A DNA stretch of 64,000 bases from Alphaproteobacteria bacterium. Its GTDB lineage: Bacteria > Pseudomonadota > Alphaproteobacteria > CAAHEQ01 > UBA3637. Each line of letters starts with the position of its first letter. Within the stretch, counting starts at the first letter, position 1. Shown here one piece after another: positions 15,814 to 25,429 of the stretch. The translations under genes were made by a program, and so were the position numbers. Location: NCBI GenBank assembly GCA_017412085.1, contig JAFPYS010000017.1, positions 2,969 through 66,968 of the forward strand, read 5' to 3'. Under the pieces are notes generated by a model. That model searched no databases. It saw only the letters and a list, made by a program, of their open reading frames with translations, and had not been told where the DNA came from.

Positions 15814-16290
15814 GTGCGCTGTCTAAAGGATGAGGATATTCCAGAGATCTTAGAACCAGCCAAAACAAACCCTCTTTATTATAAACACAATCCACCGAAT
15901 CCAAGCGCAAAAACAATAAAAAAAGATATGTTAGATTTGCCTCCGGGATCCACCCAAAAAGATAAATATTTTATTGGATTTTTTGATGAAGATAAGTTAA
16001 TTGCTATCTTGGATTTAATTTTACATTATCCCAATCCCCAAAGTTGTTTTATCGGGCTGTTTATGGTGCATAAAAAATACCAAAGGAAGGGCCTGGGAAC
16101 ACAAATTATTCAAGACTGCCTATCTTATCTGGGAAAATTCTATTCTGTGGCACGTTTAGGATATATATCCACCAACAAGCAATCCAAAAACTTTTGGCTT
16201 AAAAATGGATTTTACCAGACAGGAGAAAAGTATCAACATCCAAAGTATTTAGTAGAAGTAATGGAAAAAACTTTAGTCCACAAGATGTGA
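15814..16290 (+). CDS. GNAT family N-acetyltransferase; the 5' end is interrupted by an in-frame TGA (possible pseudogene or GTG restart)
   Basis: Motif A is present: HKKYQRKGLGTQIIQDCLSYL. An in-frame 15-codon ORF (ATG 15766, with RBS) ends at the TGA at 15811-15813, immediately before the GTG at 15814. Confidence 0.6.
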   Translation: MRCLKDEDIPEILEPAKTNPLYYKHNPPNPSAKTIKKDMLDLPPGSTQKDKYFIGFFDEDKLIAILDLILHYPNPQSCFIGLFMVHKKYQRKGLGTQIIQDCLSYLGKFYSVARLGYISTNKQSKNFWLKNGFYQTGEKYQHPKYLVEVMEKTLVHKM

Positions 16291-16308
16291 ACAAAAATCC
16301 GGATTTAA

Positions 16309-17265
16309 TTATCCCATTTTCCACGCGATAAATTTACGAATTCCCTCTTTAAAAGAAGTATGGGGATGATATCCCAGTAAATTTTGAGCTTTTGATATAT
16401 CCGAAATCGTTTTATCCACATCGCCGGGTTGCATAGGTAATTGATTGATTGTGGCCTTCTTGCCCAACACATCTTCAATCGTTTCTATCATTTGTTTCAA
16501 GGTAACAGGACTGCCGCCACCCAGATTAAAAATTTCATACCCCGTCTGATGATAATTTAACGAGGCAACAATGCCATCTGTAATATCATCAATATACGTG
16601 TAATCACGCATTGTTGAGCCATCGCCATACATATCTATCGGTTTATCATTCATAATTAAATTTGTAAATTTATTGATAGCCAAATCGGGGCGCTGCCTTG
16701 GGCCGAACACAGTAAAAAATCTTAGCATATAAATTTCCAAACCATATAAATGATGATAAGTATAGCAAATTTGCTCATCTGCCGATTTTGTGGCCGCATA
16801 AGGTGAAATTGGCTCACGAATATTTAAATCTTCAGAAAACTTATCTGCTTTACAGTTACCATAAACCGAAGAAGACGAGGCCATGCTCATGCGCTTGACA
16901 TTATATTTTTTCATCATTTCCAAGATGTTTATTGTCCCAATGATATTCGTCATTGCATACGCTAAAGGAGCTTCTATCGACGGGCGCACACCGGCCCGAG
17001 CGGCCAGATGAACAATCGCATCCATTTTATTTTGTGAAAAGACCTTTTCCAAATCATCCATGCTTTCAATATCGCCTTTATAAAGCGCATAGTTTTTATT
17101 TTGCAAGGCTTGTTCTACATTTTTCTGTTTAATCGCTGGATCGTAATAATCGTTAAAATTATCAAACACGATAACCCGGTGTCCTAAAGCCAACAATTTA
17201 TCCGCCAAAGACGAGCCAATAAATCCTGCTCCTCCCGTGATTAAAATGGTTGATATTTCCGACAT
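16309..17265 (-). CDS. NAD-dependent sugar-nucleotide epimerase/dehydratase (SDR; like UDP-glucuronate or UDP-sugar 4-epimerase)
   Basis: TGGAGFIGS Rossmann motif and the YAATKSADE (YxxxK) catalytic motif. 318 aa. Confidence 0.88.
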   Translation of the reverse strand: MSEISTILITGGAGFIGSSLADKLLALGHRVIVFDNFNDYYDPAIKQKNVEQALQNKNYALYKGDIESMDDLEKVFSQNKMDAIVHLAARAGVRPSIEAPLAYAMTNIIGTINILEMMKKYNVKRMSMASSSSVYGNCKADKFSEDLNIREPISPYAATKSADEQICYTYHHLYGLEIYMLRFFTVFGPRQRPDLAINKFTNLIMNDKPIDMYGDGSTMRDYTYIDDITDGIVASLNYHQTGYEIFNLGGGSPVTLKQMIETIEDVLGKKATINQLPMQPGDVDKTISDISKAQNLLGYHPHTSFKEGIRKFIAWKMG

Positions 17266-17374
17266 ATTATTCTCCTTTGGTTCTGATTTATTTTTGTGTA
17301 TCTATGCGGCATTATTCTAGCACACACCCGTGCTTTGTCAAGGAATCATATTTTTAAAATATAACGGATCCCCC

Positions 17375-17403
17375 TTGACATTTTTTTGAAAATTTAATAT
17401 TAT
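17375..17403 (+). promoter_or_regulatory. Sigma70-like promoter of the DUF4167 gene
   Basis: TTGACA (17375-17380), 17 nt spacer, TATTAT (17398-17403). Confidence 0.5.
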
Positions 17404-17485
17404 ATCTAGGTAATCCATCAAGGGATTAATTAAATCCTGTTATATGATTTTGGGATGGATCTTATTTTACAAACATTGAGGGCAT

Positions 17486-17926
17486 ATGAAACAGAACAAT
17501 CATAATCGTCAAAATAGACGTTTTAACAATAGAAATAATCGTCCAACTCAAACTATTTATCGCAATACCTGTCTGGATTCTTCTGGACCCGCTGGTAAAT
17601 TAAGGGGGACCCCTTTGCAACTGAATGAAAAATATGCAGCCTTGGCAAAAGATGCTTCCACTGCGAATGATATGATTTTGGCCGAACAATATCGTCAATA
17701 TGCGGATCATTACATGCGTCTTCAAAATCTTGCCATTGAGAATGAAAACGCACTACGCGCCTCAAAAGAAGCTCAACGAATGAACGAAGTTCCTGAAGCA
17801 AACGTTGAAAACGTTTCTGAAACAGCTGAAGAACCCATTCAAGAGGAAGAAACTATTTCCGCAGATCTGTCTGTTCCCGTTCAACAAATGAACGAACAAG
17901 CGGAAACTAATCCCGCGACAGAATAA
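17486..17926 (+). CDS. DUF4167 domain protein (alphaproteobacterial)
   Basis: Asn/Arg-rich N-terminus followed by KLRGTPLQLNEKYAALAKDASTANDMILAEQYRQYADHYMRL, which is typical of DUF4167. Confidence 0.8.
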   Translation: MKQNNHNRQNRRFNNRNNRPTQTIYRNTCLDSSGPAGKLRGTPLQLNEKYAALAKDASTANDMILAEQYRQYADHYMRLQNLAIENENALRASKEAQRMNEVPEANVENVSETAEEPIQEEETISADLSVPVQQMNEQAETNPATE

Positions 17927-18296
17927 CCACGGCACCAGCCAATTTATCATCCGCCAACGAAACCGATATTTTAACATCGTCCCCAAATTTATGTTTCAAG
18001 CGAGTCTTCATTTTGGGGGATAATTTCAAATCTGGACATCCTTTTTTATCATGCACAACGGTGATATCTTTGAAACCGACAAACTTACCGATACCTGTTC
18101 CACAAGCTTTTGCAAAAGCTTCCTTTACCGCGTACCGTTTAGCGCCAAAGTTAATTTGTCTTACAGTAGACATCGCCTGAACTTCTTTAAGTTCCATTGG
18201 AGTTAAAATCTTTTTATAAAAAGCCACTCCGCCCTTTTCGATAATCTTTTTAAAGTGAGCAATATCCACTAAATCCAATCCAACTCCGACGATCAT
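17907..18296 (-). CDS. acpS: Holo-[acyl-carrier-protein] synthase
   Basis: MIVGVGLDLVDIAHF...AKRYAVKEAFAKA. 129 aa. Its start overlaps the spoT stop. Confidence 0.9.
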   Translation of the reverse strand: MIVGVGLDLVDIAHFKKIIEKGGVAFYKKILTPMELKEVQAMSTVRQINFGAKRYAVKEAFAKACGTGIGKFVGFKDITVVHDKKGCPDLKLSPKMKTRLKHKFGDDVKISVSLADDKLAGAVVILSRD

Positions 18297-20218
18297 CCAT
18301 TTTCCCTTTCTTGGTAAACCGTCTGAACAAACTCACTCGTGCGCAAAGCATCCAAAACATCCAACAAATGATCTTTATTTTTGACACGAATATTCGCTTG
18401 AACCCGCGTCTTTTTGTGCTCTTGATCCAAAATTACAAATGAATCTATACTTGCTTTCATTTTATTTAATATATTGACAACACGCCCCATGCTCTCTGGG
18501 CCTGTTTTCCAAATAACAGTCAAAGAAACCGCCTGAGTATTACGCCTTTTTCCTTCTGTATTCCACTCAACGCTGTACCAACGATCCGTTTGGGTCACAT
18601 ATTTCTTTAATTCTGGGCATGTCCGTTTGTGAATAACAATCTCCCCCTTCTCCTCAATGCCCACAATAGCATCTTTTGCCGTTGGGTGGCAATTTGGATC
18701 TAATTGATACGCCATACCATTTGGGATTCCCAAAATATTAGATGTTTTTTCTTTCCTGTGGAAAAAGCGACTGAACCAAGAAGACTTCTGTTCTGTTGTT
18801 GGAACCTCTGTAAAATGTGCTTCCAAAAGAGTTTTAGCATGAGCGGTTGTCACAACTTTTAACCAGCGTTTATCTGCAACAATCTTAGAAGTCAATTTAA
18901 ATTTTACCTTATCGCCATCTTGCAAAACTTGTTTGAGTTCTGCGGGTTCTTCATTTATCTCAACCCCCACACATTTTAATGCAACTTTTGAGCCTTGATA
19001 ACAAGCAAAATCTAACGCTGTTGCCCCTTGTGGCAAAGAATAAAGCATGCCTTTATCATCAAAACAAAACAACTTGTCTGTGTACATATGTAATTTGGCG
19101 CGAGACAAAAATTCCGAGGGGCTTTTCGATTTTGAAATAAGTTCCAAAAACTCTTTCATCCATGGTAAATTGCGGCCATCATATTTAACCCCTTGTTTGT
19201 AAGACCAATGGGCCGCAATACCAAACATAGCCTCTTCTTCCATTTCTTCGGTTCTAATCTGGATTTCCAGAGGCAACCCCTTGGGCGTAATCACACTGGT
19301 CTGCAAAGAACGATAACCGCTGTCTTTTGGCGTAGAGATATAGTCTTTAAAGCGCCCAGGAACAGCCCGATACATCCCATGTATAAGGCCCAAGACTCGA
19401 TAACAATCTGGAATATTAGTTACAATAATTCTGAAACCCAAAACATCAAAAATAGACGACATCATATTCTGATGTGTTTGCAACTTTCTCCACAGGGAAT
19501 ATGGCATTTTAACACGACCGATAACGCGTCCTTTAATATGTTCTTTCTTCAGCAAATTTTCCAGCTGTTTAATTTCTGCAACAATCATCCCTTTTTGTTT
19601 TGATCCAACAAGTTTTAAACGCTGCATGATATTCGCGTATGCGGTTGGATTCAGTATTTTGAATGAAATATCTTCCAATTCATTTTTAATTCTGTGCAAT
19701 CCCAATCTTTCTGCCAATGGCACATAAATATCCATTGTTTCTTGTGCTTTCCGACGTCTCTTTTCCGCTGAGCATACATCCAATGTCCTCATATTATGTA
19801 ATCTGTCGGCTAACTTAATCAGCAAAATTCGCATATCCTTGCTGGATGCCAGAATGAGTTTTTGAAAATTTTCCGCCTGATCAGATGTGATAGATTGAAG
19901 TTGATATGTCTCCAATTTTGTTAACCCCTGCACCAAGTTGGCGACATCTTTGCCGAACAAGGCACACACCGAGTCGTATGAAGCCGGCGTATCTTCCACC
20001 GTATCGTGCAATAGGGCGGCCATAATCGATGTGCTATCTAATTTATATTCCAGTAAAATTTCGGCCACAGCCAAGGGATGGCTTAAATATTTCTCGCCAC
20101 TTTCACGTCGCTGATCATGATGCATTTTTTCGGCAAACATACAGGCGCGCCGCAACGCAGCCACATCCGCCTTCTTATCATACTTTCTGACCGCACTAAT
20201 AATTTCATCCGGTCGCAT
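18293..20218 (-). CDS. spoT: Bifunctional (p)ppGpp synthetase/hydrolase (RelA/SpoT homolog)
   Basis: HD domain (HPLAVAEIL...LHDTVEDT), synthetase motifs (DVLGFRIIV, EIQIRTEEM), then TGS and ACT-like C-terminal regions. Confidence 0.92.
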   Translation of the reverse strand: MRPDEIISAVRKYDKKADVAALRRACMFAEKMHHDQRRESGEKYLSHPLAVAEILLEYKLDSTSIMAALLHDTVEDTPASYDSVCALFGKDVANLVQGLTKLETYQLQSITSDQAENFQKLILASSKDMRILLIKLADRLHNMRTLDVCSAEKRRRKAQETMDIYVPLAERLGLHRIKNELEDISFKILNPTAYANIMQRLKLVGSKQKGMIVAEIKQLENLLKKEHIKGRVIGRVKMPYSLWRKLQTHQNMMSSIFDVLGFRIIVTNIPDCYRVLGLIHGMYRAVPGRFKDYISTPKDSGYRSLQTSVITPKGLPLEIQIRTEEMEEEAMFGIAAHWSYKQGVKYDGRNLPWMKEFLELISKSKSPSEFLSRAKLHMYTDKLFCFDDKGMLYSLPQGATALDFACYQGSKVALKCVGVEINEEPAELKQVLQDGDKVKFKLTSKIVADKRWLKVVTTAHAKTLLEAHFTEVPTTEQKSSWFSRFFHRKEKTSNILGIPNGMAYQLDPNCHPTAKDAIVGIEEKGEIVIHKRTCPELKKYVTQTDRWYSVEWNTEGKRRNTQAVSLTVIWKTGPESMGRVVNILNKMKASIDSFVILDQEHKKTRVQANIRVKNKDHLLDVLDALRTSEFVQTVYQERENG

Positions 20219-20248
20219 GAGCCCCTCCCCATATTAAGTGTTGGACAC

Positions 20249-20620
20249 TTAGGCTTCTGTCCCTTCGACTACTTGAAAAGATTCAGATTCTACAAATTCA
20301 TTATCTGCATATAAGGCATCTTCTGTCGTTGTCCCCGCCAATTCAGATTCAACCTCTTTCAATTCTTCCGCATCAGAATCACCTTCTGAGGCCACAGCAT
20401 AACGTTGCAAGCTAGACACAACACCTTCATGCAATAACTTTAAATCAACAGCATCTTGTCCAATCTCACGCAAAGCCACAACAGGATTTTTATCTCCTTC
20501 ACGGGGAACCATTGGGTCTGCACCCGCTTCCAATGATTTTGCGCGGCCTGCGGCCAACAAAACCAACTCAAAGTGATTAGGAACTCTTTGGATACAATCT
20601 TCTACTGTTCTACGCGCCAT
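20249..20620 (-). CDS. rpoZ: RNA polymerase omega subunit
   Basis: MARRTVEDCIQRVPNHFELVLLAAGRAKSL is the RpoZ signature. The rpoZ-spoT-acpS order is typical. Confidence 0.9.
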   Translation of the reverse strand: MARRTVEDCIQRVPNHFELVLLAAGRAKSLEAGADPMVPREGDKNPVVALREIGQDAVDLKLLHEGVVSSLQRYAVASEGDSDAEELKEVESELAGTTTEDALYADNEFVESESFQVVEGTEA

Positions 20621-20771
20621 TTTTTTAATCCTTTCCAGTAATTTTCAAACTTGTTTAAGAGTATATCCTATTTTTTTGCAAAAATCAAGTTTTTAATAAA
20701 AAAACATTCTTGCACTTTCATTTTGTTTTAGATATAATGGAGAAAAGTGTATAATTTTTTAAGGATTTACT

Positions 20772-22469
20772 ATGACTAAAAAGAAATATTTAATCACTTC
20801 TGCTTTGACCTATATCAATGGGCTTCCGCACATTGGACACCTTGCTGGCGCTATGTTGAATGCGGATATTTATGCGCGTTTTTTACGCGCCAAAGGCGAG
20901 GATGTTTTGTTTGTGGGCGGCACAGATGTGCATGGCACAAAAATTGAGGTCGCCGCACAGCAAGAGGGATTATCTATCAAAGAATACATCCAAAAATATC
21001 ATGATGCACACACCAAAATTTATGAAGGGTTTAACCTTTCTTTTGATGCCTATGGTCATACTGATTCCGAAGCAAACAAAGAATTAACTTATCGCATTTT
21101 CAATGGCCTAGAAAAAAACGACTTTATTTTGGAAAAAACAACAAAACGTCCTTTCTGTCCTGATGACAACCAATTTTTGGCCGACAGCCAAGTGGGCGGA
21201 ACGTGTCCTTACTGTGGTTACGAAAAAGCCAAGGGCGATCAATGTGAAAATTGCACAAAATTGTTGGAACCAGAAGAATTAAAAAATCCATACAGCACTG
21301 TTTCTGGCAGTCATAACATCGTTTTCCAAGAAACAAACAACCTGTTTATTCGCTTGGACAAGATGCAAGAACAAATCACTCAGTGGATTGAAAGCAAGAA
21401 GGGTATTTGGACAGATATTGCTTACACAACCGCCAAGAAATGGTTAAAAGAAGGATTGCAGCCCCGTGCCATTACTCGCGACTTAAAAAATGGTTTTGCC
21501 GTGCCAAAACCGGGTTATGATGACAAGGTGTTTTATTGTTGGTTTGATGCCCCTATCGGTTATATTGGCATTACAAAGGAATGGGCTGATAAAGATCCCG
21601 CCAATCGCCACTGGGAAGATTGGTGGTTAAATCCCGATGAAGTAACACATACCGAATTTATTGGCAAAGACAATATTCCATTCCACGCCATTTTCTTTCC
21701 GGGCATGTTGTTTGGTTCAAAAGAAAATTGGACACAAGTGTCTTTCTTAAAGGCGACCAGTTGGTTAAACTTTATTGGCGGTAAAATTTCTAAATCTGAA
21801 CATCGTGGTGTCTTTTTGGATGAGGCGTTGGAAGAATTTCCTGCGGATTATTGGCGCTATTGGATTCCCGCCAACAGCCCAGAATCCGACGACTCTTTCT
21901 TTGGCTTTGATTCTTTCCAATCTGTAATTAATAAAGATTTGAACGATGTGTTGGGTAATTTTGTGAATCGCGTGTTAAAAATGACTCAGGCCAACTTTGG
22001 CGATGTCATTCCTTCGCCGGGTCCTATTACCGACAAGGAAAAAGAATTATACAACACTTTGGATGATTTAATTCATAAGTACACCGAACAAATGGATGCG
22101 ATTGAGTTTAGAAAATCCTTGGCGCTTTTACGTGAAATCTGGACAACGGGTAACAACTATATTGCCCAAACGGAACCTTGGAAAGTGGTAAAAGAAAACA
22201 AAGAATATGCTGCGACTATTTTGTATACCGCCTTAAATTTGATTCGCTTGTTTGCGCATTTAAGTTCTCCCGTTATGCCAACAACGGCCGCAAAGATGCT
22301 GAGCATTTTTGGAAAAGAAACAACCTTTTCATGGCCTACCGACACGGCGGAAAATCTGTTAAAAACTTTACAGGCTGGTGATCGCTTCCAGACCATTGAT
22401 CCATTATTCAGAAAAATTCTGGATGAAGAAAAGGAAGCTTTAAAACAAAAACATCATGAAGGGGTTTGA
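20772..22469 (+). CDS. metG: Methionine--tRNA ligase
   Basis: The HIGH motif reads PHIGHL, the KMSKS motif reads KISKS, and a zinc knuckle is present (CPYCGYEKAKGDQCENC). Confidence 0.95.
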   Translation: MTKKKYLITSALTYINGLPHIGHLAGAMLNADIYARFLRAKGEDVLFVGGTDVHGTKIEVAAQQEGLSIKEYIQKYHDAHTKIYEGFNLSFDAYGHTDSEANKELTYRIFNGLEKNDFILEKTTKRPFCPDDNQFLADSQVGGTCPYCGYEKAKGDQCENCTKLLEPEELKNPYSTVSGSHNIVFQETNNLFIRLDKMQEQITQWIESKKGIWTDIAYTTAKKWLKEGLQPRAITRDLKNGFAVPKPGYDDKVFYCWFDAPIGYIGITKEWADKDPANRHWEDWWLNPDEVTHTEFIGKDNIPFHAIFFPGMLFGSKENWTQVSFLKATSWLNFIGGKISKSEHRGVFLDEALEEFPADYWRYWIPANSPESDDSFFGFDSFQSVINKDLNDVLGNFVNRVLKMTQANFGDVIPSPGPITDKEKELYNTLDDLIHKYTEQMDAIEFRKSLALLREIWTTGNNYIAQTEPWKVVKENKEYAATILYTALNLIRLFAHLSSPVMPTTAAKMLSIFGKETTFSWPTDTAENLLKTLQAGDRFQTIDPLFRKILDEEKEALKQKHHEGV

Positions 22470-22471
22470 AC

Positions 22472-23767
22472 ATGGAAAAATCACGTAATACTGGTAATTT
22501 TTTGTTTATAATTTTTTGGTGGGTGGTTCAACACGTTAATGTTCGTTGGGCGCATAAGTTGCTTTATTGGGGATTACGCGATGGATCGTTTCCAACGGGA
22601 CACGTCTCTGACCCTATTTTAGGATTTGATATGTTTGGCCGCCACTTTACATCCCCGGTTGGCCTGTCGGATGGTATTGACAAACGCGGCAACACATTGG
22701 ATCAATTAATGCAAATGGGATATAGCTTTGGTACATTTGGTCCATACACCTTGGAAAAAGAAATGCCCCCTCAAGAAAAATATTTCTTCAAAAATGATCG
22801 CGCCATTATTATGCAATGTACGGGATACAGAAACCCTGGTTTATTAAAAATGTTGCCTTGGTTTGTAAAGCGGCGCTATTTACCCCACTTTGTTGGAATT
22901 GACGTTGCCATTCCGGCAGAAAACGAAGAAAGCAACATTAAGCAAGGACGCCACTTTGCCTATGTGGATGAATTTGTGCTTATGGCCCAACGCTCTGCAC
23001 CTTATTGTGATTTCCTGACGCTTGATTTTTCCCATCCAAATTCCGAGCTGTGTCTTTTAATGGTGGATGCATCAACCATCCTGCCCATTATTCGCGCCGT
23101 TAAGGAAACTGTGACTCAGGCGGCTCCTATTCGGCCACCCAAAGTATTTGTTAAGATTCCTTTAGATCTAAACATGATGGAAATTCCTCTTGTCGCCCAA
23201 ACTTTACTATCTAGCGGTGCGGATGGTGTTGTGGTTGCTGGACCGATGTCTTTAGCAAAGAATATGCGTTTGCGTCTTCAAGGGGCAAAGGAACATCAAA
23301 TGTCCGGCATGTTAATCGGCAAGCCAACACACGAATATGCCAATGAGTTAATTCGTCATTTATACACTCAATTACAAAATCGTCTTCCGATTATCGCTTG
23401 CGGCGGTATCTTTGACGGAAAAACAGCCTTTGACCATATTGCTGCAGGCGCTACGTTTATTGCTCTGGATGAATCAAGTTTAATTTATGAAGGGCCCGGC
23501 GTTTTACATAAAATTCTCAGAGAATTAACAGAAATTCTGCACCATAAAAATTTCAATTCCATTACTGATGCCATTGGTTCTGATTCTCGGGATACAAAAA
23601 CATCAAACAGCCCCCAGAATACACCTCAACAACCGACAACAACTCAAGTATCTACTGTATCGGAGAATGTGCAAACTTCGGAACACATTTCTCGTCAGAT
23701 ACCCGAGCCACCTATGACCGCAGATAACCAAAACAATCAAACAGATTCTATTCCTCCTCAGATTTGA
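22472..23767 (+). CDS. Divergent dihydroorotate-dehydrogenase-like (PyrD-like) TIM-barrel flavoprotein with a Q/T/P-rich tail
   Basis: Colinear with class-2 PyrD blocks (FTSPVGLSDGIDKRG; LPIIACGGIFDG...AAGATFIAL), but several signature positions differ. The last 65 aa or so are low-complexity. Confidence 0.6.
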   Translation: MEKSRNTGNFLFIIFWWVVQHVNVRWAHKLLYWGLRDGSFPTGHVSDPILGFDMFGRHFTSPVGLSDGIDKRGNTLDQLMQMGYSFGTFGPYTLEKEMPPQEKYFFKNDRAIIMQCTGYRNPGLLKMLPWFVKRRYLPHFVGIDVAIPAENEESNIKQGRHFAYVDEFVLMAQRSAPYCDFLTLDFSHPNSELCLLMVDASTILPIIRAVKETVTQAAPIRPPKVFVKIPLDLNMMEIPLVAQTLLSSGADGVVVAGPMSLAKNMRLRLQGAKEHQMSGMLIGKPTHEYANELIRHLYTQLQNRLPIIACGGIFDGKTAFDHIAAGATFIALDESSLIYEGPGVLHKILRELTEILHHKNFNSITDAIGSDSRDTKTSNSPQNTPQQPTTTQVSTVSENVQTSEHISRQIPEPPMTADNQNNQTDSIPPQI

Positions 23768-23799
23768 TAATACAAAACAGGGGGAAGAAGGGGGAGATT

Positions 23800-25368
23800 A
23801 TGGATTCTTTTGAAAAGATTTTAGATCTGTGGGAAGAAGCCAGGCCTTTGATTCAAGAAGCATATCATGTCTTGGACAAAGTACTCGTTCTTGGATTGCC
23901 CGCTTCATGTATGCCCCCTGAATCCGAAAACAAAGACACAGGTATCGGATCGCCCTATGGGGAAGGTGCTTCGCGCGTATGGAAATTTTGGCACGGCATC
24001 ATCCAAAAAATGATGATTGGTCCCATCGGCAAAACAGATGCAAAAACATGGCATTCACCTTATTTGGCTAGTTGGGACTATAACCCTTTTTTTTTGGATT
24101 TAGAAAACCTGGTTCAAAAACGTTTAATCAGGCGTGAGACTTTACAAAAAATTTATACTCATCCCAAAAAAGAAGCTTATATTGATTTCAAGCAAGTGGA
24201 ACGTGATTATCTTTGTGCCCTCCAAGAGGCTTATAAAAAAGCCAAAACGTCCTTGTCTTTCACAGCATTTTGCAACCAATTAGTGCGTGAACAAATGCAA
24301 AAATCCGCTTTCACATACATTGGTGACGTCCCCATTAACATACCCAATCGAGTACATGATCGTCATCCGGAATGGTTTTTAAAAGATTGGAGTATGGGCG
24401 CACCACCAGATCAATATTCTGATAAGCCGCAAGTGTGGGGATTTCCGATTTTAAATCCTCAGGCCCTATTCACAGGAAATCCAAAGCAACCTTTGGGACC
24501 TGCTGGACGTATGTTTAAACGATTACTACGTTTTTACTTGTCAGGAAACAAAGGCGGCATTCGTATTGACCACTTTATCGGGTGGATTGATCCCTATTGT
24601 TTTTACACAGGAAAAGGCCGCCACAAAAATGGACGTCTTTATTCTTCACCGCACCATCCTCTATTAAAAGAATACTATATTAAAGATAAAACAAAATTTC
24701 GGCAAATGACGGCGGAGTTTTTATTGCCATTTTTTAACGAGTTTAAGCTTTCCAGTATGGATATTTATCCGGAAGATTTGGGTGTTCGACCAAAGCTAAT
24801 GGATTCTGTGTTAAAGGCTTTTCATTTGGGGCGCATGTTACCCGTTCAATTCAATGAACCCGATCAACCTGAACACATGTATCATCTGACCAACGCCGAT
24901 GAACGAGATATTGCCGTCCTTGATACTCACGACAATCCCGCGCTATTAGATTTTTTTACAGCGCTTTCGCCAGAAAAACGCCGCTGCTTTGCTCAACAAT
25001 TGGCTGAGGATTTGCGTTTTAATTACACAGAAGATTTGTGTGATCCTGTTTGGCTCTACCGCATGCAGTGGGGAGCAGCTTTGGCCTCTCCGGCGCGACG
25101 CATTATGGTCTTTTTCACTTCATTAATGGGGCAAAAGGGCCGTTACAACACGCCCGGCACACTGGATTCTTGGCATTTAAGATGCCGAACTCATTTTGAT
25201 TTAGAATACTTCCAAGCCCTGCGTCAAGGAAAGGCCTATAATCCTTTTGAAGCAATTTGTTTCGCAATTTTTGCACGGGGCGACCATTTTTATCATGCCC
25301 ATGAAGATTTGGTGCGAAAACTACGGGCCATGGAACAACGCTTGTTCGAGGCATTGCAACAATTATAA
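23800..25368 (+). CDS. GH77-like 4-alpha-glucanotransferase (divergent amylomaltase)
   Basis: The catalytic-triad contexts are present: IRIDHFIGW, PEDLGV, LDTHDNP. GGGGAG RBS before the ATG at 23800. Confidence 0.6.
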   Translation: MDSFEKILDLWEEARPLIQEAYHVLDKVLVLGLPASCMPPESENKDTGIGSPYGEGASRVWKFWHGIIQKMMIGPIGKTDAKTWHSPYLASWDYNPFFLDLENLVQKRLIRRETLQKIYTHPKKEAYIDFKQVERDYLCALQEAYKKAKTSLSFTAFCNQLVREQMQKSAFTYIGDVPINIPNRVHDRHPEWFLKDWSMGAPPDQYSDKPQVWGFPILNPQALFTGNPKQPLGPAGRMFKRLLRFYLSGNKGGIRIDHFIGWIDPYCFYTGKGRHKNGRLYSSPHHPLLKEYYIKDKTKFRQMTAEFLLPFFNEFKLSSMDIYPEDLGVRPKLMDSVLKAFHLGRMLPVQFNEPDQPEHMYHLTNADERDIAVLDTHDNPALLDFFTALSPEKRRCFAQQLAEDLRFNYTEDLCDPVWLYRMQWGAALASPARRIMVFFTSLMGQKGRYNTPGTLDSWHLRCRTHFDLEYFQALRQGKAYNPFEAICFAIFARGDHFYHAHEDLVRKLRAMEQRLFEALQQL

Positions 25369-25429
25369 ATTTACTTGACAAGTAAATGTTAAACGCGCTA
25401 TGCTGACAGACAGAAAAGGAGTTATTATG

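Noticed and set aside
15033-17265. Genomic island integrated at the tRNA genes
   Set aside because: I found no integrase, no phage or IS genes, and no direct repeat of the tRNA 3' ends downstream. There is only a damaged GNAT gene and an ordinary sugar epimerase.
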